Of a stretch of DNA of 63,628 nt, positions 7,694 through 16,122 are shown one piece after another. This stretch comes from an uncultured Candidatus Saccharibacteria bacterium (GTDB lineage Bacteria > Patescibacteriota > Saccharimonadia > Saccharimonadales > JACDBH01). Each line of letters starts with the position of its first letter. The stretch's first letter is position 1. The stretch lies in contig CAYSJS010000004.1 of NCBI GenBank assembly GCA_964431415.1, positions 26,033-89,660 on the forward strand. The letters run 5' to 3'. The notes under the pieces were generated by a model, which saw only the letters and a program-made list of their open reading frames with translations, ran no database searches and was not told the DNA's origin. The translations under genes and the position numbers were made by a program.

Positions 7694-8377
7694 TCAAAAA
7701 AGTTTCCAGGTGCCTTCGGAGATAACTTCAATTTTGCCGTCTTCAATTTTTAGTGCCGACTGATCATCAAGCGCATACACAGGAACATTCACATCGGCTT
7801 TTATTCTTTCAATAAAGCCTGGGCCAAAATCGCGGCGCCCATAATGCGGCCGCACCACAAAGTCCACCAGCTTCAGTGTTTGTACCCGCGCCCTACCATC
7901 AGGCACAAAGGAAGCCACTTCTCCGTTTTTAAATGCCGTCGGATTATTAATGGCATGACTGACCGATCGCAAACTCTGGGTCGCGATCATGGTTCCTGCA
8001 CTGATGCCCGCATACACCCTGCTTTCAAGTAACCGTGACATTTCTTCAAACAAACCCAGTTTGTCGAACCAATAACTTAAATAAAAAGCATTGCCGCCTC
8101 CAACATAGATAACATCTGCATATTCCAGTTCACTGAGCATTTCTGCCCGTGTGACATCAGCAAGACTTACAATCCGTAAATGCCCGGCAAATTCCCTTGC
8201 ATCATGAATGTCGTCGGCCAGCCAGTCATGCCTCTCGTGCTTTTCTTCGTCTGTACAAAAAGCGGCGGTTGGTATGAACGCAATTTTTGTTTCACTACGC
8301 GGCTTCCCTACAAGTTCTTCGAGTGCGTTTTTTATAGAATCATTCGCCAAACCATTTGATGTAAGCAGTAATTTCAT
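7694..8377 (-). CDS. Peptidase S51 / dipeptidase E-like (type 1 glutamine amidotransferase-like)
   Basis: KIAFIPTAA...IYVGGGNAFYL...GISAGTMI pattern. Confidence 0.7.
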   Translation of the reverse strand: MKLLLTSNGLANDSIKNALEELVGKPRSETKIAFIPTAAFCTDEEKHERHDWLADDIHDAREFAGHLRIVSLADVTRAEMLSELEYADVIYVGGGNAFYLSYWFDKLGLFEEMSRLLESRVYAGISAGTMIATQSLRSVSHAINNPTAFKNGEVASFVPDGRARVQTLKLVDFVVRPHYGRRDFGPGFIERIKADVNVPVYALDDQSALKIEDGKIEVISEGTWKLF

Positions 8378-8420
8378 ACATTTAATAATACATTATTCCC
8401 TCGCCCCGCCTCACAAATAC

Positions 8421-8448
8421 CAAAAATGAGTATGGCGCCCCGCCATAC
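8421..8448 (-). terminator. Intrinsic terminator capping the upstream structured RNA
   Basis: Minus strand reads GUAUGGCG-GGG-CGCCAUAC (8-bp stem) followed by UCAUUUUUGG. Confidence 0.6.
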
Positions 8449-8690
8449 CTCCCTGGTCTTCTCCCCGGCTATGCCGTCTCCTGACTAAGCCTGTCAAGGG
8501 CACAACAAAATCCGGCCGAGGACTGTTTGAGGGAACGTTTAGTTCCCGAGTTCCGCAGGCTGTTGTGCCTCTTGACTAGGGCTTAGATCAAGGGACGGTA
8601 TCTGCCGGTTAGTTTTTGTATCTCTTTTTGCTAACTCAAAAAGAGATCAGGTTTGCTTCTTTGCCTGGACAAAGAAGTGACTTTAATTAG
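8449..8690 (-). ncRNA. Candidate ~250-270 nt structured RNA of unknown class (rod-like nested helices plus two 5' hairpins)
   Basis: Nested complementary pairs (plus-strand coordinates): 8465-8469/8604-8608, 8473-8478/8594-8599, 8485-8491/8580-8586, 8493-8498/8571-8576 and 8499-8507/8561-8569. Apical hairpin 8531-8536/8542-8547. Extra hairpins at 8620-8647 (11 bp) and 8656-8677 (8 bp). No ORF. Strand assigned from the terminator orientation. Confidence 0.4.
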
Positions 8691-8704
8691 TTTTCGAGAA
8701 AAAA

Positions 8705-10267
8705 CTATGCAATCACATCATCGCCAAAATGCTTTTTAAGCCGCGTCCGTATAGACCCCGGATGACGCCCCATCAACTTACTGAGCTGCGGAATAGAATT
8801 TTCAGTTCCGAACAAAGCGATCAACTTTTCATCCTCTTTCTTACTCCAAGGCTTATACGCGTTCGGGTAATCTTTTCGCATGCGCGCCAGCTTTTCAGCC
8901 CAAGCGACTTTATTTTTACCTTTGCCTTCTGGTTGTTCTTCGCTCTCTGGCCGACTCATCGCCTCCTGCTCACGCAGCTTTTCTTTTTTTGCCCATTCGT
9001 CAATATAGTCTTGGTTGTCACGTACTGCCGCTTCGCTCCGCATCCTCAGTTCGGCATCTATTTCACGTGCCAGCGGCGACACGCGCAGCGCCATACCGTT
9101 AAACCCATCCAATATAAGATGCTTCAGACCGCGCACCCGGCTCAGCGCCACATACCCCATCCCTTCCACAAATGCCTTTCTTAGGTCAATCCGCGCGGCG
9201 TCCAACGTCATGCCTTGACTCTTGTGTACCGTAATGGCCCAGGCGAGCCGAAGCGGTAACTGAGACACTTGGGCGCGCCTTTTTTCGCCGTCTACCAGCT
9301 CCCACGTATCAGGCTTAATGGTTATTTCCTTTCCATTCAGAAGTGTTACAAGCGGATAGTCCGTGTAGGGTTCAAACCCCGTTACGGTTCCTAGCGATCC
9401 GTTCACATACCTGCGGTCCTGACTATTTTTAATACACATTACAATAGCGCCCTGCTTTAACAGGAGGGTTTCGGGTGCGAGGCATGAACGCATGAGTGTC
9501 TCAACATATTGCTTGCCGCCGCTTGTTTCCATTTGATACACGTGCGTGTCTCCGGGCAGTTCAGCCAAGTGCTCTAAGTTTATTTCATCCACGTCCGCAT
9601 TGGTCGTAAGCAAGCGCGTACGCGGCGTAAATGGATCAGCGATTGCCTCTGTTCGGGCCTGAAGCGCCTGAAGCTGCGATCGCGTCAAGAAGCCTGCCCT
9701 AATGCCGTTTAAAATATCTGTATATAGGCTGTCATCGGTCTGACGATACTGTCTCTCAAGGTAACAAACCGTAAAAACACCGCTCATCCAAGCCTGAGAA
9801 GCCGTAATAAAACTACCCGACCGGCTGTCGTGCCGACTCACCGGAGGAAGCTGAAAAAAATCACCACATAGCACGACCTGGATTCCGCCAAATGGCCTGT
9901 CTCCGCCACGCACTTGCCTGGCCACCTCTTCCACCATATCAAGCCGGAAGTCGTGCAGCATACTGATCTCGTCAACGACGAGGATGTCCGTATTTAGAAT
10001 AGTTTCTCGGCGCTGCTTGCTTAACTTCTGAAAGAACCCGCCGTCTAAATGATCACGGACACCGATCCCGCTCCAGGCATGCAGCGTATTGCCATTTAGA
10101 TGTGTTGCTGCAAGCCCGGTGGTTGCAGTAACCGCTACCGTCTTACCTTCCCCGCGGGCGCGCCGAATGAACTGATTAAGTACATATGTCTTCCCAGTTC
10201 CGGCAGCTCCGGTTAAGAGCACAGACTGCCCACTCTCTAAAATCGCCAACGCCTCCGCTTGTGTCAT
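8705..10267 (-). CDS. PIF1/RecD-like superfamily-1 ATP-dependent DNA helicase with C-terminal HTH-like tail
   Basis: Walker A LLTGAAGTGKTY, Walker B ILVVDEISM, and GDFFQLPPV, ITVHKSQG and YVALSRV motifs. Confidence 0.85.
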   Translation of the reverse strand: MTQAEALAILESGQSVLLTGAAGTGKTYVLNQFIRRARGEGKTVAVTATTGLAATHLNGNTLHAWSGIGVRDHLDGGFFQKLSKQRRETILNTDILVVDEISMLHDFRLDMVEEVARQVRGGDRPFGGIQVVLCGDFFQLPPVSRHDSRSGSFITASQAWMSGVFTVCYLERQYRQTDDSLYTDILNGIRAGFLTRSQLQALQARTEAIADPFTPRTRLLTTNADVDEINLEHLAELPGDTHVYQMETSGGKQYVETLMRSCLAPETLLLKQGAIVMCIKNSQDRRYVNGSLGTVTGFEPYTDYPLVTLLNGKEITIKPDTWELVDGEKRRAQVSQLPLRLAWAITVHKSQGMTLDAARIDLRKAFVEGMGYVALSRVRGLKHLILDGFNGMALRVSPLAREIDAELRMRSEAAVRDNQDYIDEWAKKEKLREQEAMSRPESEEQPEGKGKNKVAWAEKLARMRKDYPNAYKPWSKKEDEKLIALFGTENSIPQLSKLMGRHPGSIRTRLKKHFGDDVIA

Positions 10268-10359
10268 ACCATTTAGGGTACAGGTTTTAGCGTTCAGGGG
10301 ATAGTCTATAAAAATGTAAAATTAACAAGAACTATACCCTACACGCCAAACGCTACACC

Positions 10360-11016
10360 CTATTTTTTGGGTTTTTTGTGGAAGCCACGGTAGCTTAGTT
10401 CGCCGCGTTTTTGATCTAAGCGCACAATATACTTTTCAAATGGCTTTAATAGGCTGGAATACTGCCAGTTGGGAGCCAGAAGGTTTTGCAGTTTTTGCTG
10501 CTGATCCAAATACTCGAGCAGACTAAAGAAGTCTCCATCGCCCGACACGATCACCGCTTTTTGATAGTTAGGCATTTCTTTGACCGCGTACAGTACCAGC
10601 TCTGCGTCAACATTTCCTTTTGTTACACGCTTTTCTTCCGGCTTCCTATCCTCTGGTTTCACACCCGCCTTTTCTTGCCTTTCGTCCTCTCTTTTGGCTC
10701 TTTGCTCCTGGCTCTCCTCAGTTTCGTACATTTCTAGTGTCGGTTTCAATACAATCAGATAGCCCAAGTCGTGCATTTGATCATAGAGCTTCTCGTTATC
10801 TGGCAGATAGCCAATAAACATATATGCCCGCTCAACATTGTAAACGTCCTTGAGATATTGCCGAAATTTTCGCCAGTCCATCTTCCAGCCCATCTTCTGC
10901 ACGCCCAAGTTAAGATTTTGACTATCAATAAACGCAAAATTTCCCTTGCTTACAGGTTGATGCTGTGTGTTCTTATTGCGCCGACGAAATGGTTTCATGT
11001 TTTTCCTTGCAGCCAA
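10360..11016 (-). CDS. NYN-domain (LabA/DUF88-like, PIN-fold) putative RNase with an inserted charged segment
   Basis: FAFIDSQNLN...GNVDAELVL...IVSGDGDF motifs. A 40-aa E/K/R-rich insertion (EESQEQRAKREDERQEKAGVKPEDRKPEEKR) interrupts the domain. Confidence 0.65.
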   Translation of the reverse strand: MAARKNMKPFRRRNKNTQHQPVSKGNFAFIDSQNLNLGVQKMGWKMDWRKFRQYLKDVYNVERAYMFIGYLPDNEKLYDQMHDLGYLIVLKPTLEMYETEESQEQRAKREDERQEKAGVKPEDRKPEEKRVTKGNVDAELVLYAVKEMPNYQKAVIVSGDGDFFSLLEYLDQQQKLQNLLAPNWQYSSLLKPFEKYIVRLDQKRGELSYRGFHKKPKK

Positions 11017-11022
11017 AGCTCC

Positions 11023-11442
11023 TTACGGCTTCATGAGCCCGATTATCAGGCCCATCACCAAAAATGTAACAAGCTCATGACTCACCGTAAGCACGGTGAG
11101 TTTCTTCGGCCTACCTTCAAAGGAGTCATGCGTGATCACTCGTGCTGCGGTAAAACCAAGCCACATCCACACCGCAGTCGTAAGGGCATCCTGAAGAAAG
11201 CTGTTGCTATAAAACGTATGGCTCAAGTAGGAAACATGCGCCAGAACAAAAGCAGTTACAAAGCTCACGACTAAAGTAATAAATATAGGCGTCATGCCCC
11301 GCTTTTCGAGCTCCTTTTGGTCAAGGCGCGCAAGCCGCATCCAGGTTTTGCCAAATACCTTTGGCGTGTACCATATAGAACCGACCACCATCGTAGAAAG
11401 TGTGGCCAGGATTACCGCCAACCAGTTTACTTCGACACTCAT
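11023..11442 (-). CDS. DUF1761-like small integral membrane protein (about 4 TM)
   Basis: The N-terminus NWLAVILATLSTMVVGSIWYTPKVFGKTWM is typical of DUF1761. Confidence 0.55.
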   Translation of the reverse strand: MSVEVNWLAVILATLSTMVVGSIWYTPKVFGKTWMRLARLDQKELEKRGMTPIFITLVVSFVTAFVLAHVSYLSHTFYSNSFLQDALTTAVWMWLGFTAARVITHDSFEGRPKKLTVLTVSHELVTFLVMGLIIGLMKP

Positions 11443-11518
11443 TTTTTTCCTCCTCTTAGTAATTATGCTTCAGTATGCACCACATCGGCACTTATTGTGA
11501 ATAGCGAATTTTGACCAG

Positions 11519-12016
11519 TTATATGTTACGGCTATCGTAGGCCCAATGAAGTAAAGCCTGGCGTTGCTTCCGTCTGCATGTAACATCCCCGGGGCTGCAA
11601 TACTTCTTTACCTGCCCAATGTGTCGACGTATCGCCTTCCAACGCGCAATTTGACGCTTGTCCTCTTCTGGCAAGCGGCGCCCATAATAATACCTGCAGT
11701 ACCACTGAAACCAACCGCGCGGGTCATCTTTATATATCCATCCTTTTTCTTGCCAAACTTTGAGCGGCTGACTTGCCGATACCTCAAAATAGTTTAATTT
11801 TGGATCCTCTTTTTCGCCTAAACGTGCATGCGCGGTCCAGTCGGCCGGAAATTCTTTATAATCATAGCCGGCGTAATTGCCGTTAAAGATTCCCAGCTCC
11901 AGCATCTGCTTCGGCGTTAGTTCCGGCTTGAACTCAGGGTCAAAATCCTTGCCCGGTTCTGCCACTGTATCGTAGGCATATTCCGGCTGCATAGCATCCC
12001 GTACATACACGCGCAT
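11519..12016 (-). CDS. Conserved-looking protein of unknown function
   Basis: 165-aa ORF with a striking Trp/Tyr/Arg block DPRGWFQWYCRYYYGRRLPEEDKRQIARW. I cannot place the family. Confidence 0.55.
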   Translation of the reverse strand: MRVYVRDAMQPEYAYDTVAEPGKDFDPEFKPELTPKQMLELGIFNGNYAGYDYKEFPADWTAHARLGEKEDPKLNYFEVSASQPLKVWQEKGWIYKDDPRGWFQWYCRYYYGRRLPEEDKRQIARWKAIRRHIGQVKKYCSPGDVTCRRKQRQALLHWAYDSRNI

Positions 12017-12035
12017 ACTTTATACCCCGCTCCCC

Positions 12036-12461
12036 CTACTTCTTCTGCTCGGCGTGCTGCACACGCGCTTTATTTGCCCATTCGTCTGCCATTTCATTCC
12101 CCGGATCATTGTTGTGTCCGCGGACCCACACGAGTACTGCTTTCGAGTTTCTGTACAGCGGACAGACTTCTTGGACAATATCCAAGTTTTTAATAGTCCC
12201 GCCTTTTTTCTTCCAGCCGTTTGCTTCCCAGCTAATAGACCACTTCGTAATCACATTTATCCAAAATTCGCTGTCCGTATAAATCTCACATGGCGCCCCG
12301 GCCGCATCTTTGAGCGCGGCGATGATTGCCAGCCCCTCCATCCGGATATTGGTCGTCATGTCTTCGCCGCCTAAAACCACTGGTTTCATGTCTTTTATGA
12401 CCGCAAAGCCACCGGCTCCCGGGTTCGGCTCACAACTTCCATCGGTGTAATATACGATCAT
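12036..12461 (-). CDS. rnhA: Ribonuclease HI
   Basis: YTDGSC..NPG..G...E..A...AL...IYTDS......W...GW......V.N.DL......H.G..GNE.AD pattern, with the DEDD residues present. Confidence 0.9.
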   Translation of the reverse strand: MIVYYTDGSCEPNPGAGGFAVIKDMKPVVLGGEDMTTNIRMEGLAIIAALKDAAGAPCEIYTDSEFWINVITKWSISWEANGWKKKGGTIKNLDIVQEVCPLYRNSKAVLVWVRGHNNDPGNEMADEWANKARVQHAEQKK

Positions 12462-12499
12462 TTTTTATCCTTACTGGCTCCATAGTACCACTAATTTGC

Positions 12500-13561
12500 T
12501 TACAAAACTTCGCGGGCCAGCTGCTCTTCTTCGTCAACGGGCTTTAATGGCCTCTTTTTAATTATTTCGTACCGCTCACCGGTTATAGGCGACTCGATAT
12601 AATCGTCGTTAAGCAGGTTCACAAACTTCGTGAGGTCACGGTCATCCATAATAATGATCGCGCCGCTGTCGTCGGTCATAAGACCCACGCCCATTTCGTC
12701 ATTATGGTCGATAAGATCCTGCTGCTTGATCTTTCCTGGTTCAATTTTTTGCAGCTTTTTAATTGTCGCTGGTTTGCCCTTAACAAGCGCCTGCATGCTC
12801 GCACCTTCTACAAAACTAAGCTTAAAGTTGCTTTCAATCTCTGCGACTTTTTTAGCAGCAACACTGGCCGCCTTTGCATCATACGCAAACAGGGCCTTGA
12901 GCTTAGCCTGATTAAATACAAACAAGTCTTGGCCTACGACCAGCAGCTGATTCTCGCCGGGGATCTTGAGCGCGCTCATATCGTCGAAAGGTTTAAACAC
13001 ACTGTCTTTTAGCATCCAGGCGGTGTGCCCCTTCATGATCTGCGAAGAAGGCAAGCTTTTAATTAAATAAAACGGCGTATCCATATCTTTATGGGTACAG
13101 TGCGCTACGACGCCTTTTATTCGTTTTAAATCATGCTCGCTATCATTAAAAACCTCGATATTCGCCTGCTCGTGCTTGATCCAGTTCAGCACTTCGACCA
13201 AGCGGTCTACATTTTTTACTTGCGTCCTTTGCAGTACGTTATCTTCACTTTCCGCCTCTTCAAAACCACGAACTATCAAACCTTTTTCGATACCGCCTAA
13301 AATAAATTCTAAAATTTCATCTAAAAATAGAGGCCGCATCTGCCGGGAAACATCGCCACTGAGTTTAGCCCTATATACCGTGCGGTTTTTGTTAAAGAAA
13401 TAAAGGTCAATCTTTAGATCATCAATATACTGAACGAGGTTATTCGCCCACGCAAACACATCTGTCTCTACATAGTCTTTTTCCCAAGAAGTCACTGGAG
13501 CTAAAATATCTGCACCCTGCTCTGTTTCCGACACTGTTTCTGTTTGGTTATCCGGTTCCAA
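12500..13561 (-). CDS. DUF4868 / Kiwa KwaB-like protein (tentative)
   Basis: 353 aa with a TTG start and GGGAG SD 6 nt upstream. Overall pattern resembles DUF4868: DLYFFNKNRTVYRAKL...FYLIKSLPSSQIMKG...LLVVGQDLFVFNQAKLKALFAY...LLNDDYIESPITGERYEI. Assignment is from memory of the family and was not searched. Confidence 0.4.
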   Translation of the reverse strand: MEPDNQTETVSETEQGADILAPVTSWEKDYVETDVFAWANNLVQYIDDLKIDLYFFNKNRTVYRAKLSGDVSRQMRPLFLDEILEFILGGIEKGLIVRGFEEAESEDNVLQRTQVKNVDRLVEVLNWIKHEQANIEVFNDSEHDLKRIKGVVAHCTHKDMDTPFYLIKSLPSSQIMKGHTAWMLKDSVFKPFDDMSALKIPGENQLLVVGQDLFVFNQAKLKALFAYDAKAASVAAKKVAEIESNFKLSFVEGASMQALVKGKPATIKKLQKIEPGKIKQQDLIDHNDEMGVGLMTDDSGAIIIMDDRDLTKFVNLLNDDYIESPITGERYEIIKKRPLKPVDEEEQLAREVL

Positions 13562-13665
13562 GACACACTCCCTCTCTACTAACGCAAAAAGCGCTGACTA
13601 GCTATTAATTGACTGGGTACATTTTACCGTAAGCACCCGCACAATGCTGCTGTAAAATTTGTAAT

Positions 13666-14205
13666 TTACAAGCCGCGCTGTTTGCGCTCGAGCACATCAT
13701 AGCCTTCATGCACTTCTTGATCTCTTGATACTCCTAGCTTTGTAAGCAAGTCCCAAAGTTCTGCGACCACCGCATCGTGATCGGCGTCATGAGTCATCAT
13801 TTTTTCTGCCTCTATGAAGGTCCCTAGTCCTGGCACCACGTCGTAGCAAATCTCAATTTCGCCCTTTTTCGCCTTCCGGCGAATTTTCGTTAGGTCAGAA
13901 TACGGTACAAAATGCATTGCGAGAATAATATTCTCAAGCTCTTTCGGGTCATCCACTTTTGTTTCGTGTTCAATACTATCAAGATGCCCCTGCACCGAAG
14001 ATTTAAGCGTAAATTTGTGCAGTGTATCGTTTTCGGTTCGTATTCGGAGCCAATTTGCGCCAAATGCATTATCACTTGCTCCCGGTTCGGAGTACACCCG
14101 GTCGTGTTGTTTTTTAGGTTCCGAAAGCTCGATGCCGGCGCCCACTAAACATTTCTCGAATGCCGCTTCATCCACAACCCGCGCTTTTACTTCAATCTCT
14201 CTCAT
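13666..14205 (-). CDS. CYTH-domain protein (class IV adenylate cyclase / triphosphate tunnel metalloenzyme)
   Basis: N-terminal ExExK signature MREIEVKARV, plus WLRIR, EHETKV and FIEAE strands. ATG 14205 preferred, with TATGCT 9 nt upstream. Confidence 0.75.
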   Translation of the reverse strand: MREIEVKARVVDEAAFEKCLVGAGIELSEPKKQHDRVYSEPGASDNAFGANWLRIRTENDTLHKFTLKSSVQGHLDSIEHETKVDDPKELENIILAMHFVPYSDLTKIRRKAKKGEIEICYDVVPGLGTFIEAEKMMTHDADHDAVVAELWDLLTKLGVSRDQEVHEGYDVLERKQRGL

Positions 14206-14273
14206 GTAGCTACTAGCATACACGGTTCTGGTTAGCGCGTCACTAACTGCATTTTACAAATAAACGCGGCCGG

Positions 14274-14777
14274 CTATCGGCTCCACGATGCGAGCCCTGC
14301 AAGCTTTTGTACTTCCCGCGCCAATATGAACGCCGCCGGCGTATACACGCAAATAATGAGTCCGAGCGGCTGACGCAGCCAGTTCAACATATAGCCTAAG
14401 ACCGGTACGCTCATTACCACCCTGCCCTCAACAAGCAATGGAGAGATTGCCCGGTCTGGCAAACCCACATTATCGCCTTTGGTTAGGAGCATCTGCGTGC
14501 CGCCATCTATCCCGATCACCCGGTGCGAGACAACGACCGATGGTTTCTCGGGGTTATGATAGCTAATAATATCGCCCGGAGAGATATTTGTCGCCATAAC
14601 CGGCTTTGTAACGACAGCATCTCCGGCAAAGAATACCGGCGCCATACTGCCCGTTTGTACACTCAGCAGTCGATAGCCCTGCTGCCATAATATACAGGCA
14701 GCGAAAGCGATACTTAATACTGCAGTAGCAATACAAATATACGCGCCGTTTTTAAGGGAATGCAGAAAATACCCCAT
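14274..14777 (-). CDS. sipW: Signal peptidase I, SipW/archaeal type
   Basis: TM segment followed by the VQTGSMAPVFFAGDAVV catalytic Ser block and SHRVIG. Adjacent to a TasA-like substrate gene. Confidence 0.75.
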   Translation of the reverse strand: MGYFLHSLKNGAYICIATAVLSIAFAACILWQQGYRLLSVQTGSMAPVFFAGDAVVTKPVMATNISPGDIISYHNPEKPSVVVSHRVIGIDGGTQMLLTKGDNVGLPDRAISPLLVEGRVVMSVPVLGYMLNWLRQPLGLIICVYTPAAFILAREVQKLAGLASWSR

Positions 14778-14787
14778 TTTCGGTTAT

Positions 14788-15360
14788 TTATACACTCGTA
14801 CCAGTAAACACGAAGTCAATATTTCCTAGTGATGCGCCGGCACCGGTAAATGCGTCCGTACTCATCGACACCTGAACCTTGTACTGGTTGGCCACACCGG
14901 CTGCAAGCGTATCGGTTAGCGCCACTCCCCCGTCAATATGCCCGTTTACAAGGCTTGCCAGTGTTAGGCTCTGCGAGCTGCCGCCCGGGACGCGTGTCAC
15001 CACAATACTTACTTTCGTTAGGTCAACGCTGCTCAAGTTTGTCGGCGCGGTAGAGACTGCCATTTTTATAACCGTTGCCGTAGAACCAGTATTTTTTAAG
15101 TAAAAAGAATAACCGGCCGCAGGAACGGCAGGCCCGCCAGGAACGACGCTCGTAAAGTCAAAGCCGGCATGCGCACTGGAGTAGGTTACGCCATCGGTGC
15201 TTATTTTTAAATCAGCCGTCGCGCTGGTTATGGTGTTGCCGCTTAAAACAACCTGCTGACTTTGCAGCGCCGCAAATGTCACCCCGCTGACCAACACCAT
15301 TACCGCCGCCATGACGGTCACTGCACGAAGTAAAGGTTTAATATTAGACCGTCTGTTCAT
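14788..15360 (-). CDS. TasA/camelysin-like secreted protein with SipW-cognate-type signal peptide
   Basis: The signal peptide ends ...VSGVTFAALQSQ. The mature part is a beta-rich Thr/Ser/Gly-rich 160 aa. AGGAG SD 8 nt upstream. Confidence 0.55.
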   Translation of the reverse strand: MNRRSNIKPLLRAVTVMAAVMVLVSGVTFAALQSQQVVLSGNTITSATADLKISTDGVTYSSAHAGFDFTSVVPGGPAVPAAGYSFYLKNTGSTATVIKMAVSTAPTNLSSVDLTKVSIVVTRVPGGSSQSLTLASLVNGHIDGGVALTDTLAAGVANQYKVQVSMSTDAFTGAGASLGNIDFVFTGTSV

Positions 15361-15388
15361 GGTAAGAGCTCCTTAATAATTAGGAGGC

Positions 15389-15417
15389 ACTATCCCACCA
15401 ATAACAATACATGTCAA
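15389..15417 (-). promoter_or_regulatory. Sigma70-type promoter for the TasA-like/SipW operon
   Basis: Minus strand reads TTGACA (15417-15412), 17-nt spacer, GATAGT (15394-15389), then a 28-nt leader with AGGAG. Confidence 0.55.
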
Positions 15418-15464
15418 TTACTTTTATTTTTTGTCTAATTTATTGTAAACGTAAGCTCGATGAT

Positions 15465-16100
15465 TTATACCTGTATGCTCTCGCCAGTCTTGAGCACAGA
15501 ATAGGTTCGATTTTTGGCCTCGGCGGCACTGCCGGCCCAGTAATTGTAAAAGCCCTTTCCCGCGTCAGACAGCACCGCGTCATGTATGGGCACATACTGT
15601 TTTGCCTGAGCGGCCCCAATGAATGCCATGACTTCCGCAGCCTTAGACCAAGGCGCGGCCAGCGGCACCAAACAGACATCAACCGGTTTGGGCGGCTCCA
15701 CGAAAGAATCTCCCGGGTGATATACCTGTTCATTTATAACAACCGTCAGATTCTTGCATGGCGATGTTTCATATACGACTGCATGATCAATGCAGCGAAT
15801 TTCTAGCGTAAAAGCTCCGGCTATTTCGGTGCAGTCTGTGGTTATTTCCTGCACAGGTATACCCTCTGCCCGTAGCTTCTCGGCCACTTCCGGGGCGGCA
15901 TATACGCGCATATTTGGGCTATGCTTAAGTAAATAGCGGACCGCGTCTAGACTGAAATGATCGCCATGTACATGCGTAAACACCAGCGCAGCAACTTGGC
16001 TTAATTCCGGCAAGATGGTGAGTTCTCCCGGGTCTATAACTAACCGCTCGTCTTGCTCTTCAAAAACCACACATGCATGCTCGTATTTTGTAATCTTCAT
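15465..16100 (-). CDS. MBL-fold metallo-hydrolase
   Basis: THVHGDHF motif, 211 aa. Confidence 0.8.
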   Translation of the reverse strand: MKITKYEHACVVFEEQDERLVIDPGELTILPELSQVAALVFTHVHGDHFSLDAVRYLLKHSPNMRVYAAPEVAEKLRAEGIPVQEITTDCTEIAGAFTLEIRCIDHAVVYETSPCKNLTVVINEQVYHPGDSFVEPPKPVDVCLVPLAAPWSKAAEVMAFIGAAQAKQYVPIHDAVLSDAGKGFYNYWAGSAAEAKNRTYSVLKTGESIQV

Positions 16101-16108
16101 ATCTACAG

Positions 16109-16116
16109 ATTATACT
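16109..16116. promoter_or_regulatory. Overlapping divergent -10 boxes (ATTATACT) in a 22-bp intergenic spacer
   Basis: TATACT 16111-16116 lies 6 nt before the NUDIX ATG (16123). TATAAT on the minus strand (16114-16109) lies 8 nt before the MBL ATG (16100). Confidence 0.45.
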
Positions 16117-16122
16117 GCATAC

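Noticed and set aside
8465-8608. Rod-like RNA considered as SRP or 6S RNA.
   Set aside because: The apex is a GGGAAC/GUUCCC hairpin with a UAAAC (GUUUA) loop, not a GNRA-capped helix 8. There is no large central bubble typical of 6S. It is therefore reported as unknown rather than named.
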